The position numbers and the translations under genes were made by a program. Under the pieces are notes generated by a model. It searched no databases and was not told the DNA's origin. It saw nothing but the letters and a program-made list of their open reading frames with translations. A DNA stretch of 64,000 nt from Octopus vulgaris (taxonomy: Eukaryota): the NCBI GenBank assembly GCA_951406725.2, contig OX597824.1:54002001-54066000 (forward strand). The letters run 5' to 3'. Of this stretch, positions 39,168 through 53,337 are shown in pieces (position 1 is the stretch's first letter; every line of letters begins with the position of its first letter).

Positions 39168-42100
39168 GAACATTGTCTTTGGAACATAGATTTCAAAAAT
39201 AAAATTCCTTTTCCTCAAGGATTCACTATTTCAGAGCCTTTCAGGGCTAAACACATACATAACCACACACTCACATTTATATAGTGTATGTATATCACAT
39301 ATATATATAAACATAATATATATACACATAAAAGTTCCTACCGATAATGGTTCTCTTTCCGTACCGAAACTACTTGGTAATAATTATTAATTTTTAAAAT
39401 AACTATTTACCCTTGTATTAGTAATGAAATTTTTCACTCCCTTATAACAAACTGCAGTTCTCTTTCTGCAGTACCATTTTGTGACACACATAGTAATCTT
39501 GGAGGGAAAATACGAATTCATTCATCTATATGGATTTGGATGTGCTGACTATCTTCTGTTATCTCCGATGGTGCAGGATCGGGATGCAAGAGGTAGGTAA
39601 ATAGCATTTGCAAATCCATAATTTATAGGATTGTTGTGCTGATGACGGGAATGAGTTCTTTATAATTCTAACCCAGAAACACGTCCACAACAGACCGAAG
39701 ACTGTTTGATTTCGTTATTTTCCTTCTTTTGCCTATGTGAGTTACAAGTAATGTTATATGTGGAGCTATATCTGTAGTAAATAGGAATAAGTGGTCTTTG
39801 GCTGCTATTTCTAAATTTTCAGTATGTGGTTAAGCAGAAAAAATGAATTCAATACCAAACAATACACCAGCCTGGCCAATAGCCTGAGGGAAACCAACTT
39901 CTGGGTCAACATTCTTGCCATATAGATTGGAGTGTCAAAGGTTTTGTGGGAAAATCTGCTTATAATCTAATGAAACAACTCTCTGACTCTCATGTTGACC
40001 AAAAGGCAATATCAGAAACAACAGAGAGGTATTCCAGTTGGATCTGGTCAAGGAGGGGGAAAAACGACAACTATGCCATTCGAAGGCAATATTTTTTCTA
40101 CTTTAAGGCGGTGAGCTGGTAGAAACAGCACACCAGGCTGAGTTTAAATTCCACCGAGGTTGACTTTGCCTTTCATTGTCTAGCTACATATAAGATCTGA
40201 AGACCAATGGCACTCCACATACAATCAAGTGAAAAATTGTGGAAAAATTCATGCCATACGTAAATGGATCAAAGAGATCCAAGATATGAAAACAATGGGA
40301 AAAGACAAGATGGTCTTGGTTGAAATGTTTTTGATTCACAAGTCTGGTCACATGGGCTGATTTAGGGCTAAACAACAGCAATAATTCTCTTTTTCATATA
40401 TGTTACAATACATTAACTTCCCCTTCAACCACTATACTAATCATATCCCATTAGTCCCCAAAACAATCTTCTGATCTAAAAAAGACTAAAAAAAAAAAAA
40501 CCTTTCTTCCTCCAACATAATGACAAAATAGAAAGAAACTATGACATGACCCAAACAAAATTTTATATGATTAATGACAAAAAAATTAACCTATATTAGA
40601 AAAGTCTTTTAGATGTACTAAAAACATCATCTGCTTTAGTGAGTCAAAGTAAACAAAAGGAAGTAGTGGTAATATCAATTCACAACACCCAAAGACACAT
40701 TAAAAATAACACAGATTTCTGTATAAAACTGCTTGCCACTGCAGATTTAGCATTAAAAATAGTAAAAACAGGTTTTTTTTTTTTGAAAGCAAAAGTAAAC
40801 AAACAAAATGGATAAGTCACTAAGAGAAACAAACAGTAAGGAAAATATGTGGATGTGTAAAGCAAAAATTGAATGAGTTATTACATATGGTAATGGTTAG
40901 TGCTGGCAAATTATGAGAGAAAAAAAAAAGAATTTTAGAGAAGCATTATGAGAGAGTTGTTATTGTAACTTCAGTAAGAGAGAAACTAGAGTTCCATGAA
41001 AATTCAGATACCTTATTTGCTGTTCTTGGAATGGTCAAAAGACTTAATTTAACAGGTCATTTAACACTGACAGAATTATCACGTAATTAAACTATAAAAT
41101 TCTCATTCATATATTATTTGTAAAAATTAATCTGAACCATATCTCTTGTAGCTTCTAGTTATGTTTGTCTGATTGTATGTGCATGTGAGAGAGAAACAAA
41201 CAGACAGAAATAAAGCAAAGGAGTGAGGAAGGTGCGACAATGACTAAGATGAGATAACCAAGATGGAAAGGAAACCAGAAGAAAGAGTGAGAACCAGAGG
41301 TAAGAGCCAGGGAAGAAAGGTAAAACAAAATGAGAAGAGTAGAGGCTAGAGGGAGAGAGTGAGAGAGAGCAGACAGAAGATACAAAGAGCTGGCAAAAGA
41401 AAGGAAGAGTATGAAAGTGAAGAGAAGAATACTGATGATAGAAGAGAAGAGAGGTCAAAGAGTCAGTAAAGAAAAGGCATAAAGTGGACCGGACAGAACT
41501 AAGAAAAACATGAATAGATTGTCTCAACTATACTATTGTGTACCACAGTATACAATATACAACAATTACATAAAGAATAGGCGTTTTCAGTTATTTCAAA
41601 GATCTTTGCACATCACGTAGCTTGAACCTAAATCACCCCAAATAAAAAAAGAAATCTAGAAACTAGGCATATAAATGGAATCAGATCCCTCTAACTCTCA
41701 ATCTCTCTTCAATCAGCTTCTCTTGTTCATTGCTCCAGGTTGTCAGTGGGGTTTAGAACCAGTGTGTGGTATACCTTGCCTCCTACCAAAATGCCTGTCA
41801 ATGAGGGATAGCATCAGATCTAGTCATATTCAATATATCCTACAATCACTCTTTCTGTGCAGCCAGTCATCACTCCAACTCCCCAAGGCCATCATTAATA
41901 TCTCACTCTCTCTCCCACATTGACAAGTGTGTAGCTGCTACTACCATCTTTCTGCCACATCTTCATAACTGCCCTTCTACTTCTATCAAACTCCAACCAA
42001 CCACTTTTCTCCCATCATAGCCTCGTTTTTCTTACCCACTAATCCTTTAATCTTGTGTCTTCATTGTTGGCACTATGATAAAACACAACCAGCATATACT

Positions 42101-42577
42101 CATTTGAATATTACATGGTAAACATAAATCATTTGTTCACACACATACAACAGCCTCTACACATTTCCAAGTATTCAGCAATTTATTACTTTTAAATGAT
42201 AAAAATAATTTAGAAATACATTGTATGAATGTGTGTTTGAGTATGTGTGAATGCATGCCTGTTCAATTTTCCATTCTGAATTCTAATATACATGGCCTCC
42301 TGTCTTTCATTTTCTGGGTTTGATTAAATACAAAGTCAGGCATCTTTTGGAGATGCAGTGGGGAGTGTTGATTTAACTGACTATATCCCTTTCTTAAAAA
42401 GGTATGGTGTTATATCAATTAGAGTCATCCTTATTAGTTTAATTTAAATTCAGTTATTAGGTGATTAATTTGAATTCAATAATTCAATTTCATTTCAAAG
42501 AGAAGGCAATTTATTTTACAAAAAAAAGAAGTTAGGAAATGGTCAAATGACAACTGAAAATAAATAAGATTACTTAC

Positions 42578-42752
42578 TTAGAGATGTAGCTTTTTGAGAC
42601 TGTGCAACTGCCATGAGATTTCCCAGCAATACAGCAACTACACACCTTACATCATAGTTTGATCCATCCAGTGCACGGAAACACAATGATGCAACAGTCT
42701 CTAGTTCACTAGTATACATGAAGTGAGCTTCATTTACCAACTGAATCATACA
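42578..42752 (-). CDS. HEATR5B: HEATR5 coding exon (175 bp; missing from ORF track)
   Basis: CMIQLVNEAHFMYTSELETVASLCFRALDGSNYDVRCVVAVLLGNLMAVA; tttcag / gtaagt. Confidence 0.92.
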
Positions 42753-42983
42753 CTGAAATGTGATGAAATTAATTTTAATTATTTCTCATTTGTGGCAGAA
42801 ACAATTTTTCAGATATACACAGTTTACAGTTGGAACAAAGCAACTAACAAAATGACCATTCAAGAACACATCCACATGATTTCAGAAATAACTGCAAAAA
42901 GACACATATATGAAATACATAATTATATAACATATACTATAGAGCACACGTACAGATTTGGAAGTCACAGTACTGTTTCATTA

Positions 42984-43196
<213 letters not shown>

Positions 43197-43769
43197 CTAA
43201 AAAATAAACAATATTGTTAAGTCAATTCATCTGGAAAAATAATTTCAGAAAATTATATATAAATACATACATAGATTGATGAATAAAAGAAAATCATCAT
43301 CAATGATGATGATGATGAATAACAAAGAAACTGAAAAGAACAGTAATAACAACAAACAAAATGAAAACAATGACAAGAATGAGAAACTAATAAATGAAAA
43401 GTTAAATTTTTTCTGTAACACACTTGCAAGTTCCAGTAACATAATGAAAACTATCAACTCCAACAAAAGCACCTACATTAACACCAACACATTTACAAAA
43501 AAAAAAAAATCAAATCACTGCAACTAACCAAGGTCAACTATTAAAGGGTTGCACCAATGCTGAAGGAAGAAATTTTTTTATCCCACCAGGATTTTAAAAT
43601 GCTAAAAACCTCCTCACAGGGGCTGAGAAAATATTTTATTATCTCACAATCCATCTGGCAAGAAACCGATAACAAAACAATCTTTTATAAATGCATTACA
43701 TTGAAAAGCCAGAAAATAGAGCAAGTAACAGAGCAAAAATAAAAATATGCCTCAAATTAATCTGGGCAC

Positions 43770-44170
43770 CAAAAATGTACATCGGTAGGGGTAAAATTTG
43801 GTACAGTAGAGGTGACATTTTCAATAGAGGATGAGGCTAGAAAGCACTCCAAAACTCCAAAACCAAGGGAGATTGGTATAGGACAAACTGGTCCAATACC
43901 AATCTCACTTAGCAGAATACTCATCTATTTATTGGTAACTTTCCTCTACCTACAACAACACTTTGACACGGTTACAACATCTATATTGCAGGTTGTAAGA
44001 AAGGAGAAAAAAAATGGTCAGGTCAAGGGATGAAGTTATTGATTCAAACAGATCAAGAAAGTACTGAAGCCATTTCAGAACTGATCAACTGTTTGTGGCT
44101 ATGAGGGCAGAAAACCAAGGTTTCACATGTGTGGTGACACAAACCATCTCAAGGCTTTCTGTCCAAAGGA
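43770..44170 (+). mobile_element. Degenerate gag-like/LINE ORF1 relic with CCHC knuckle
   Basis: ~44100-44165 reads YEGRKPR(F)HMCGDTNHLKAFCP, i.e. C-x2-C-x4-H-x4-C with the first Cys lost; upstream GTVEVTFSIEDEA. Confidence 0.4.
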
Positions 44171-44844
44171 AAGTAAGAGAGAAGGAAGACTCCCACTTCT
44201 GCTGACACTCACCACAATAGCAACAATAGCAGCAACTACAATAGTAAAAGCAGCAGCAGTAACAACAACATAAACATTTGAAATACTACTCTCAAAATTC
44301 ACTACATCACCACCAACAACTGAAAGTCCCAAAACAATAAAAAATAACCCTAAGATATGCACCCGCTCCACTTGGGACCACTCAACCATGTGGTGAAGAT
44401 GGCAGAGAAGAAAGCAAATGGTAAAAAGTAATAAAGTAAAAAAGGAAAGGGGGGAAAAATGCACAGTAAAAAAAAGCTAGGAGGTTCAAGCAGATTGAAG
44501 AAACACTCCCAAACAACAACACTAACACCATCAACAACACCAACACTACCAGCACCATCACCACTACCACAGACACAACTAACCCAACAAGAATATGTGC
44601 AAAGAAACATTATAAACTACAAACACCATAAATACAAACAATAAAGATTTAATGAAATCATTATTAATTAAGTTGACAATGTTGATACTGACAAAGAAAG
44701 ACAGTGAACCAGGAGATACAACACAATGCCATACAACAGTGTGGTTTGAGCTAAGTATGTTGTCAATAGTAGATTACCTTAAACTTATAGAATCTATGCC
44801 TCTATGCTAAAGTACATTAATAACTATTGTACTATTTTTTTTTA

Positions 44845-44953
44845 TCAAGTCTATTTTCTCTATTATCAACACTTGCTGTATTGTTTAAACCATGCTAAGC
44901 AGACCCATCCCTTGTTCGAAGGAATATTTTCTCTGTGTTCTTGACCACTTCCC

Positions 44954-45000
<47 letters not shown>

Positions 45001-45446
45001 TGTGTTTCACTATGTCTCTCTCCCTCTTTCGATTACTACTTGCTTCACCCTATATAAACTAGCCACAGAAAAAGGACTCCCACCCACTTACAACTTCCTG
45101 CAGAAGAATAATCTTTGATGTCCAATTAAGAGAATTTTTCCCATCTTTTCAGCCTTGTTTCATCCACCTTACTATTTCAGCACAGATCATAAACCCCTCT
45201 GCTATTAGCTCTGTTCGTTATTCTGTCTAGTAACATACCATCATGTAAATATAGTTTTCAAATAGGCTCGTCTTCCTTGCTGTTCCTTAAGATAACCTTA
45301 CATGTTCATTGACTCATTTAGCTCCTAAGTTTTGTCTTAGAATGTCCGACGGACAACTCTCACATTTTTTTTCTCAAGTCTATTTTCTCTATTATCAACA
45401 CTTGCTGTATTGTTTAAACCATGCTAAGCAGACCCATCCCTTGTTC
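44845..45446 (+). repeat. Exact 73-bp direct repeat (44845-44917 and 45374-45446)
   Basis: tcaagtctattttctctattatcaacacttgctgtattgtttaaaccatgctaagcagacccatcccttgttc occurs twice. Confidence 0.9.
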
Positions 45447-45762
45447 AAGGTTCACCCGCCCTCCTAACCCCTCCACCTTTACCGGAAGTTCCTATTATTC
45501 CTATTGCTCCTATCCTCTGTCAACCCTGGGTTGCCTCCCATGAACTCTACAAAAGGCTGTATGCCTTCCCCACCCCTAGTCTAGGGCTATCTCCTATGTT
45601 AGGTAGTGATCAGATAGTACAAAATATGAAAGGGTAGTGTGTGCAGGTTGAACTGAAGGCTACTGTATTGTTTGTCTATGAATTCTGCCAAATGCGAGTT
45701 TTCTTTTCAGGTACATGAAGCCACTGTCCCCCGTCCAAGGGTCTCATGGGCCCGTACTTCCC

Positions 45763-48700
45763 ACACCCTCAGGGTTGGCACTCTCAACGTTGGCACACTG
45801 AAAGGTAGGTCTAGTGAGATTGCTTAGATGCTTGAATGGAGATGTGTTGATATATGCTGCATCCAAGAAATAAGGTGGAGAGGAGGTTCTGCTAGGTTCC
45901 TCACAGGCAAAGAACGCAGGTACAAGATTTTCTGGGCAGGGAACACTGACAGGGTCGGGGGCATTGGTATACTTCTCGCTGAAAAATGGGTAGATAAGGT
46001 AATTGAGGTAGTCAGAGTATGCGACAGAATACTCAAGATTAGATTAATGCTTTACCATGGGTTAGCAACCATTATATCAGCCTATGCCCCTCAGCTGGGG
46101 CTACCCGATGGACAGAAAGACCGATTCTATGACACCCTACTTCAGACTACCTTGTTGACGAACAACAGGGACCTTCTTTTTGTGGCTGGTGACTTCAATG
46201 GACATGTTGGACAGCATACAGGCGCCTTCCATGGCGTACATGGAGGCTACGGCTATGGTTCCCGCAACAAGGAGGGAACCAGGCTGCTGGAGTTCTGCGA
46301 TGCAAATGATCTTATGGTTTGCAATACTAACTTCAGGAAACCTACCAGTCACCTACCAATCAGGCCGCCATACTAGCCAAATTGACTACATACTTGCCAG
46401 AAAAAGGGCAAGATGGCAGCTTATAAATGCCAAAACCTTCCCAGGTGAAGAATGTACCCCACAACATAGACTGGTAGTTAGTGACTTTAGGATCAGGACT
46501 AAGTGGTCGCCCAGAAGACGACCAACATGGAAAAGAAGGGTCTGGAAGCTTAAAGATCCTGCGAATGGACAGAGATTTAGAGACATATTACTCGAAGCCT
46601 TTGACAAAATAGATGAGTATATAGATTCACATAGTGTAGAAGGCAACTGGAGGTTTCTACAGAGCAACCTGCTGAGAGCCACTGACCAGATCTGTGGATG
46701 GTACAAAGTCCCCTCCCGACCTAAAATAACGTGGTGGTGGAACAATGTTGTAGACAGGGCTATTATAGAGAAAAGAGACAGGCTTGGAAGGACTGGAAGA
46801 ATGGTGGTAGCAGGAAATTGTATTAGACTGCCAAAAGAGAAGCTAGGAGACAGGTTTATTTAGCCCGAGGGGAAGCAGATAAGAAAAAATTTGCCAATGT
46901 TCTGTGCCGTGAGGACCAAAGACATGAGGTATTTCGTGTTGCAAGACAGTGTGTGAGAGAGAATTGTGATGTTGTAGGAGAGAAATGTGTTCGCATGGAT
47001 GATGGTACACTTGCGCTAAATGAGGATGCAAAGAGAGAGGTTTGGAGACAACACTATGAAATGTTGCTGAATAAAGAAAATGCATGGGATAAAGAGAGTC
47101 TGCCGAATGTCGACCCAACAGAGGGACCAGCGATCCAAGTTGACAGTTCCTTGGTAGTTAAGGCAATTAGAAGCATGAAGACAGGGAAAGCCCCAGGCCC
47201 ATCAAGAATTACTGCAGAGATGCTCAAAATATCTGGCAGTGTCGGCTATAGCCTAGTCACCCGTATAGTTAACCAGGTGATACACGAAGGAGTCATACCC
47301 AATGACTGGTGAAGCGGCATAATAGTCAACTGCTACAAAGGTAAAGGTGACGCCCAAGATACAAATAATTACAGAGGTATCAAGCTGTTGGATGAGGTAA
47401 TGAAGGTTACGGAGAGGGTCATAGCCCAACTAATTAGAGAGAGAGTTAGTTTAGATGAGATGCAGTTTGGGTTCGTGCCAGGGAAAAGTACCACTGATGC
47501 TATATTCCTGGTAAGACAGCTGCAGGAGAAATACCTAGCCAAAGATAAGCCCCTATACCTGGCTTTTGTTGACATGGAGAAAGCCCTCGACAGGGTCCCC
47601 CGATCCCTTATCTGGTGGTCAATGAAGAAACTAGGGATAGATGAATGGTTGGTGAGAGCTGTGCGAGCCATGTACAGGGACGCTGCTAGTAAGGTGAGGG
47701 TTGGCAACGAGTATACTAAAGAATTCCGGGTAGAGGTAGGGGTCCAGCAAGGTTCAGTCCTCAGCCCCCTCCTATTTATCATAGTTCTCCAGGCAATAAC
47801 AAAGGAATTCAAGACAGGATGCCCCTGGGAGCTCCTCTATGCTGATGACCTTGCTCTAATTGCAGAGTCACTATCAGAACTGGAGGAGAAGTGTCAGGTG
47901 TGGAAGCAAGGATTAGAATCAAAGGGCCTTAGTGTCAACCTAGCTAAAACCAAAGTCCTAATAAGTAGGAAGGCAGACAAATCACAAATGCCTTCAGGTA
48001 GATGGCCCTGCTCGATCTGTAGAAAAGGCGTAGGTAGAAAGATGCACCAAGTGTAAGCTATGGACACATAAGAGGTGCAGCAATGTCAAAGGAAGGCTAA
48101 CTAGGAAGATAGTTTTTGAATGTGGCAGATACTCAGGAGCAATAAACACTGAAAATGCGCAGAGACCAACTTCCGCCACATTCCAGGGAGAAAAACTAGA
48201 AATAGTTGATAGCTTCCGTTACCTAGGTGACCAAGTCAGTAGCAGGGGCGGGTGTGCTGAAAGTGTAACTGCTAGAGTAAGAATAGCTTGGGCAAAGTTC
48301 AGAGAGCTCTTACCTCTGCTGGTGATAAAAGGCCTCTCACTCGGAGTAAAAGGCAGACTGTATGATGCATGTGTACGAACAGCCATGCTACATGGCAGTG
48401 AAACAAGGACCGTGACTGCAGAGGATATGCGTAAGCTTACAAGAAATTAAGCCAGTATGCTCCGATGGATGTGTAATGTCAGTGTTCATACTCGACAGAG
48501 TATAAGTACCTTGAGAGAAAAGTTGGACCTAAGACACATCAGTTGAGGTGTGCAAGAGAGATGTTTGCGCTGGTATGGTCATGTGGCGAGAATGGATGAA
48601 GATAACTGTGTGAAAAAGTGCCACACCCTAGCAGTTGAGGGAACCTGTGGAAGAGGTAGACCCAGGAAAACCTGGGACGAGTTGGTGAAGCACGACCTTC

Positions 48701-49276
48701 GAACTTTAGGTCTCACCGAGAAAATGACTGGAGACCGAGACCTTTGGAAGTATGCTGTGCGTGAGAAGACCCGGCAGGACAAGTCAGACCATAACCCGTG
48801 GCCTCTACCTGGGATGTAGCCAGTCCACTTATGCATACCTTTCCTTCTTGGGACACAAAACTCTACTTGCGAAAACCTGCTGAGGTAAGTAAAAATCAAA
48901 ATCAAAATCGATCAACATCAATAGAAATTGTAGCTGTGATACCAGCGCCACCCTGACTGGCCTCCGTGCTGGTGGCACGTAAAAGGCACCATCCGATCGT
49001 GGCCATTGCCAGCCTCGCTTGGCCTCCGTACCGGTGGCACATAAAAAGCACCATCCGATCGTGGCCGTTTGCCAGCCTACTCTGGCACCTGTGCCAGTGG
49101 CACGTAAAAAGCACCCACTACACTCACAGAATAGTTGGCGTTAGGAAGGGCATCCAGCTGCAGAAACATTGCCAGATCAGACTGGGCCTGGGGCAGCCTT
49201 CTGGCTTCCCAGACCCCAGTTGAGCCGTCCAACCCATGCTAGCATGGAAAGCAGACACTAAACGATGATGATGATG
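45763..49276 (+). mobile_element. RTE-clade LINE, near full-length ORF (APE-RT) inactivated by stops and frameshifts; (GAT)n tail
   Basis: LRVGTLNVGTL, CIQEIRW, SAYAPQ, GDFNGHVG, QIDYIL, QHRLVV; NYRGIKLL, QFGFVPGKSTTDAIF, FVDMEKALD, GVQQGSVLSPLLF, LYADDL, RYLG, RLRW-like CLRWYGHV, RGRPRKTW. In-frame stops near 45825, 47310, 48448, 48544. Confidence 0.92.
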
Positions 49277-49888
49277 TACAATGTGCAATGTTAATTTCTT
49301 TTTCTTTTAACATATGCCTTAATACTACTTTTGAATGATTAACATCAATTTTCAGTACATACTATAGGCTAAACACAGCATGTAGATATTTTGAAATGCC
49401 TTTCTCAATTATTGTGCAATACCAACAAACTGGGAGTAGTTAATTTCAGAAAATCAGAGAAAAATAAAAATGTACTTACATAGTAACAGAATTATACTTT
49501 AGTTTGAAATGATAAAAAAAATAAAACTAAAACTGGTGAAGTGGAACTAATAAATACTACAATTAAATATTTTTAGTCGAACTGATAGTAACTGCAATAT
49601 AAATAAACTATACTGTTGCCAAAATCAATATTTTTAATGAGCAAAATTTTACCTGCTAATATTCCACTCCTTAAAAATAGCTTGGTTGAAATAGAATTTA
49701 TTTCAATTACAATGACAAGTAGATACAAGTGACTGAAGTAGAAAACAAAAACAACTTTCTCTAATGGGCTCAGACAATTTGAAAACTTCTTATTACTTGG
49801 TTTTATTAATCTAAGTTCTAAATGAAAATCTTGCCAGATGCAGTATTAATGTTTGCATTTGCAGGAGTCAATAAATTTTAGACAATAA

Positions 49889-50259
49889 CTAGCAGTATCG
49901 CCCGGCGTTGCTCGGGTTTGTAAGGGAAATAACTATAAAGCATTTTTAGAGAGTTATAGCCCAAAAATGGAAAAAAATGATGTTAAATTTTTTTTTTAGT
50001 TAAAAAGGTCGAGTTGCGTCCCCTAGACAGTCTGTGGTTTGTGTTTCTGATTCTCGACCCCATGTCGAATTTATCAATTTTTTTCAGAACTGGGGGAACT
50101 TTTCAAAATTTTCGCTGCGTTAGTTTTGAATTATGACATTGGGCTATGTGTGTGTCAAGTTTCATCAGAATCGGTTGAAAGCCGTGGTCAGGGTGAGGGT
50201 ACAAGCAAACAGACACACAGAAACACGCACAGACAAACTGCCGTTTATATATAGAGAGA
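49889..50259 (-). mobile_element. Non-autonomous Helitron
   Basis: Minus strand starts TCTCTCTATATATAAA and ends cccgagcaacgccgggcgatactgCTAG, the same 3' end as 25313-25939. Confidence 0.78.
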
Positions 50260-50776
50260 TACAATTTGGTACTGAAACTCACTGACCTGAAGTCAAATCT
50301 GACAATGATCAACTTGACCCTTAACTTTCTCCAGTAATATACTCTGGCCAATTTATAGAAATATACACTTCCATCAGCCATATACTCTGACTAGTTCACT
50401 CAAACATATAAATTGTTTCATGAATTAACCTTATTCATTCTTAAAAGGAAGTGATTCTATTAATTTGCTGCCATGTAGATTTTAAACAATAGATTAATGA
50501 GAATATTCTTAGCTGCACAATTTAATATTGGGATAATGGAAAAGTGATCCCTAGGGAGTGACAGTTAAAGAATATTTATAATGTGTCAGTCCAATTCCAC
50601 AAAAAAAAAAAACTATTTAAAAACTTGACGACTGCAGCTGCATGGCTGAAACAAGTAAAAGAATAAAAGAATACTTTAAAAAATTTAAATATGGTTAAAT
50701 CTTGAAACTAATAACAATATAAGAACATAAAACAGAAAAAAAATGAAATCACTTTCTTTATATGTCAAATACTAAC

Positions 50777-51586
50777 TAATGTACCCAGTAATTCCTGGGA
50801 AAGCAGGGCTTATCCTTTGGTTCCCTTCTCATAATTGTTTTACTAATCCAGTAACAAAGTATGTAGCCCTTAAAATAGTTTTTGTGCATTTACAGAGAAT
50901 ACTGAACTATCTTACACAGGATCTTGTTTTTAGGAATTCCCAATAAGTTATGAATATCCAAATTGTGAAGTCAGTTATGTAATAACATGAAATTAGTTAC
51001 CCGATAGTAAGAATTCAAATAAAGTAGCCCCAAAAAGGGCTTTAATGCATTCCCAGAGTATACAGAACACAGGAAGAAATACTAATAAGGTATGTATACT
51101 AAAATCATGAAGCGTGTTACGTAATAACAGGCTAATCAGTTATGAGATAACAATTCAAAGTGAAAAAACTCTGAAAAGGACTTTTGTACATTCTCAGAGA
51201 ATATAACCCTCAAGGGCACTAGTATTGGTGTATTCGTGAATAAGTCACGAACTGAAATAAGTGGATCTATTGTTTAAGAAAATGCTATATACTTGTTTAA
51301 GGGTTGTACTGGATAAATTGCAAAAATAACTAACAGTTCAAATACTAAGAAATAAGCATACTCAATTTGATTTATACTAAATAATTTAGGAAAATGAATG
51401 GGCTATTTCCCTTGGCTATATATAAGGATCCCTTCCAGGGGCCCTGTTATCGATTTCAACAATCTTAGTATGTCATGATGTTTCCAGATGTGAGTTCTCA
51501 CGTGTCAAGTTTCATCATAATCGATAAAACAATGTAGCTAACAACTCCACAAACACAGGCAGAATTTCCCCACATATGTAGTAGAT
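50777..51586 (-). mobile_element. Degenerate Helitron-like element
   Basis: Minus strand starts TCTACTACATAT and ends with hairpin cccaggaattactggg + TTAG; shares gtgtcaagtttcatca with the 50 kb element. Confidence 0.5.
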
Positions 51587-51796
51587 CTCATAATCCAATG
51601 TACAAAAAGCAATTAAATATAGAAATGTGGTTAATATTTTGATATTTCTTCATTACTTTTAGTTACTGCAGCCATCTATTTTCTCTCACTGAAGTCAAGC
51701 TTTTTTTTTTTTATATTTGCTGCCTACAGGAATTTCTTGTGAATCAAAACATCTTATGAAATTATCAAACCAAAAATCTTTCATCTATATAAAACA

Positions 51797-51840
<44 letters not shown>

Positions 51841-52094
51841 GATGTCCAACTAGAAAAGGTGTGTGATCATTGACTTTTTTTTTAAACTCCATTAAGAAAT
51901 CTGGAAGAGAGATCTAGACTGAAGAAAGAAAAGATGCAAAGTGCAAGAATGTTTCTTAGTGAGTGAGATGGACTGCAGCACTAGCAGGAGTCATTTTTGT
52001 CTGAAATAAAAACTTGAACAAAAGCTCAAAATCCAGATTTTGAACTAAAACATAATTATGGAGGGGGACCACTAAGCAGTGAAGTGTATATATG

Positions 52095-52494
52095 TAATGT
52101 TATTACTCGTTCAAATATGCGTGTAGCATATTTGGACTCATAAATAAGCCATTCACCATGTTTTGTCATGGAGAAAATTTATCACTGTAGACAGATGGTG
52201 CTAATACATCAATATCAGTTCACAGCACCATCTATCGAGACTGCGAGACACAAGCATTTTGGAGTATGCAGGAAGATGCTGTGAACAGATAAAAGAGATT
52301 GTTCCTCTTATAACATTTCAGTCACCAAACAGGAGATAACTACACTGAAATGCTTGCATCTCACAGTCTAAATAGGTGGTGCTGTGAACTGATATTGATG
52401 CATTAGCACCTATTTGTTTATAGCGAGGAATTTTCTCGCTGACAAAACGCAGTCTAAACATGCCATACACATATTTGAACTGGTAATAACATTA
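52095..52494. mobile_element. Foldback MITE (~170-bp imperfect inverted arms, TA-flanked)
   Basis: taatgttattac...ggtgctaatacatcaatatcagttcacagcacc vs ggtgctgtgaactgatattgatgcattagcacc...gtaataacatta. Confidence 0.75.
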
Positions 52495-52656
52495 AAAAAT
52501 AATATTCAAATGTTATGTAACAACCAGTTAACAACAAAGTGATTGTAATAATTATTAGGATAAAAGCAAAAAGATAATTATTGTTTCTATTATGATTACT
52601 ATCAACAGTAACTGATAAAAGTCATAATAGTAGCAATAATAATAATAACAATAATA

Positions 52657-52863
52657 ATCCATTCTACTATAGGCACAAGGCCTGAAATTTGGGAGAGGGG
52701 ATAATTAATTACATTGACCAAAGTGCATAACTGGTACTTATTTCATCGACCCTGAAGAGATAAAAGGCAAAATCAACCTCGGCAGAATTTGAACTCAGAA
52801 CATAAGGACAGATGAAATGTTGCTAAGCATTTTGCCTGGCATGGTAACGATTCTGCCAGCCTT
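52657..52863 (-). mobile_element. tRNA-derived SINE with (ATT)n tail (further copies 53944-54148, 54186-54362, ~54910-55025; + strand fragment ~40105-40180)
   Basis: Minus strand A-box-like TGGCAGAATCGTT, B-box GAGTTCAAATTC, conserved core ggtcgatgaaataagtaccag, 3' tttcaggccttgtgcctatagtagaa. Confidence 0.75.
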
Positions 52864-52891
52864 AAATAATAATAATAATAATAATAATAAT

Positions 52892-53310
52892 ATACCAATA
52901 TATACAGGTAGAGAAATCAAGGCTAATAGACCAAATATAGTTGTCAGAGATCGCCAAGTAAAAAATGCTTTCTAATCGATGTATCAACACCAACAAATGA
53001 CACTGCATCTTTAAAAGAAATGAAGGAATTTTCAAAATAGAGGTAACCCGAATGTGGAGCCTAAAAACAGAAACAATCCCTATAATAAAAGGTGCATTAG
53101 GTATGATTAAAAAACATTCAGACAAATAGATAACCAAAACACCATGACTTACGAATGTATATAACATATAGAAAATAGCACTACTAGGCACCGCACATAT
53201 CCTATATAAAGTACTTTCATTACAGTGAAAATAAGAGCACCACAACAAACCACAGCACATACCCAAGACACAGAGCTGTGAAAATGTGATAAAACATAAA
53301 ACTACTGAAT
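52892..53310 (+). mobile_element. R4/Dong-type non-LTR element 3' fragment (restriction-like endonuclease), degenerate
   Basis: TGREIKANRPNIVVRD...CFLIDVS.P...MWSLKTETIPII.GALG; flanked by (AAT)n. Confidence 0.7.
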
Positions 53311-53337
53311 AACAACAACAACAATAATAATAATAAT

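Noticed and set aside
39330-39375. Hammerhead-like ccgataa-tggt...acc-gaaac...gta (related to ~14535-14590)
   Set aside because: Core has two non-compensated changes and stem I cannot form; at most a dead relic.
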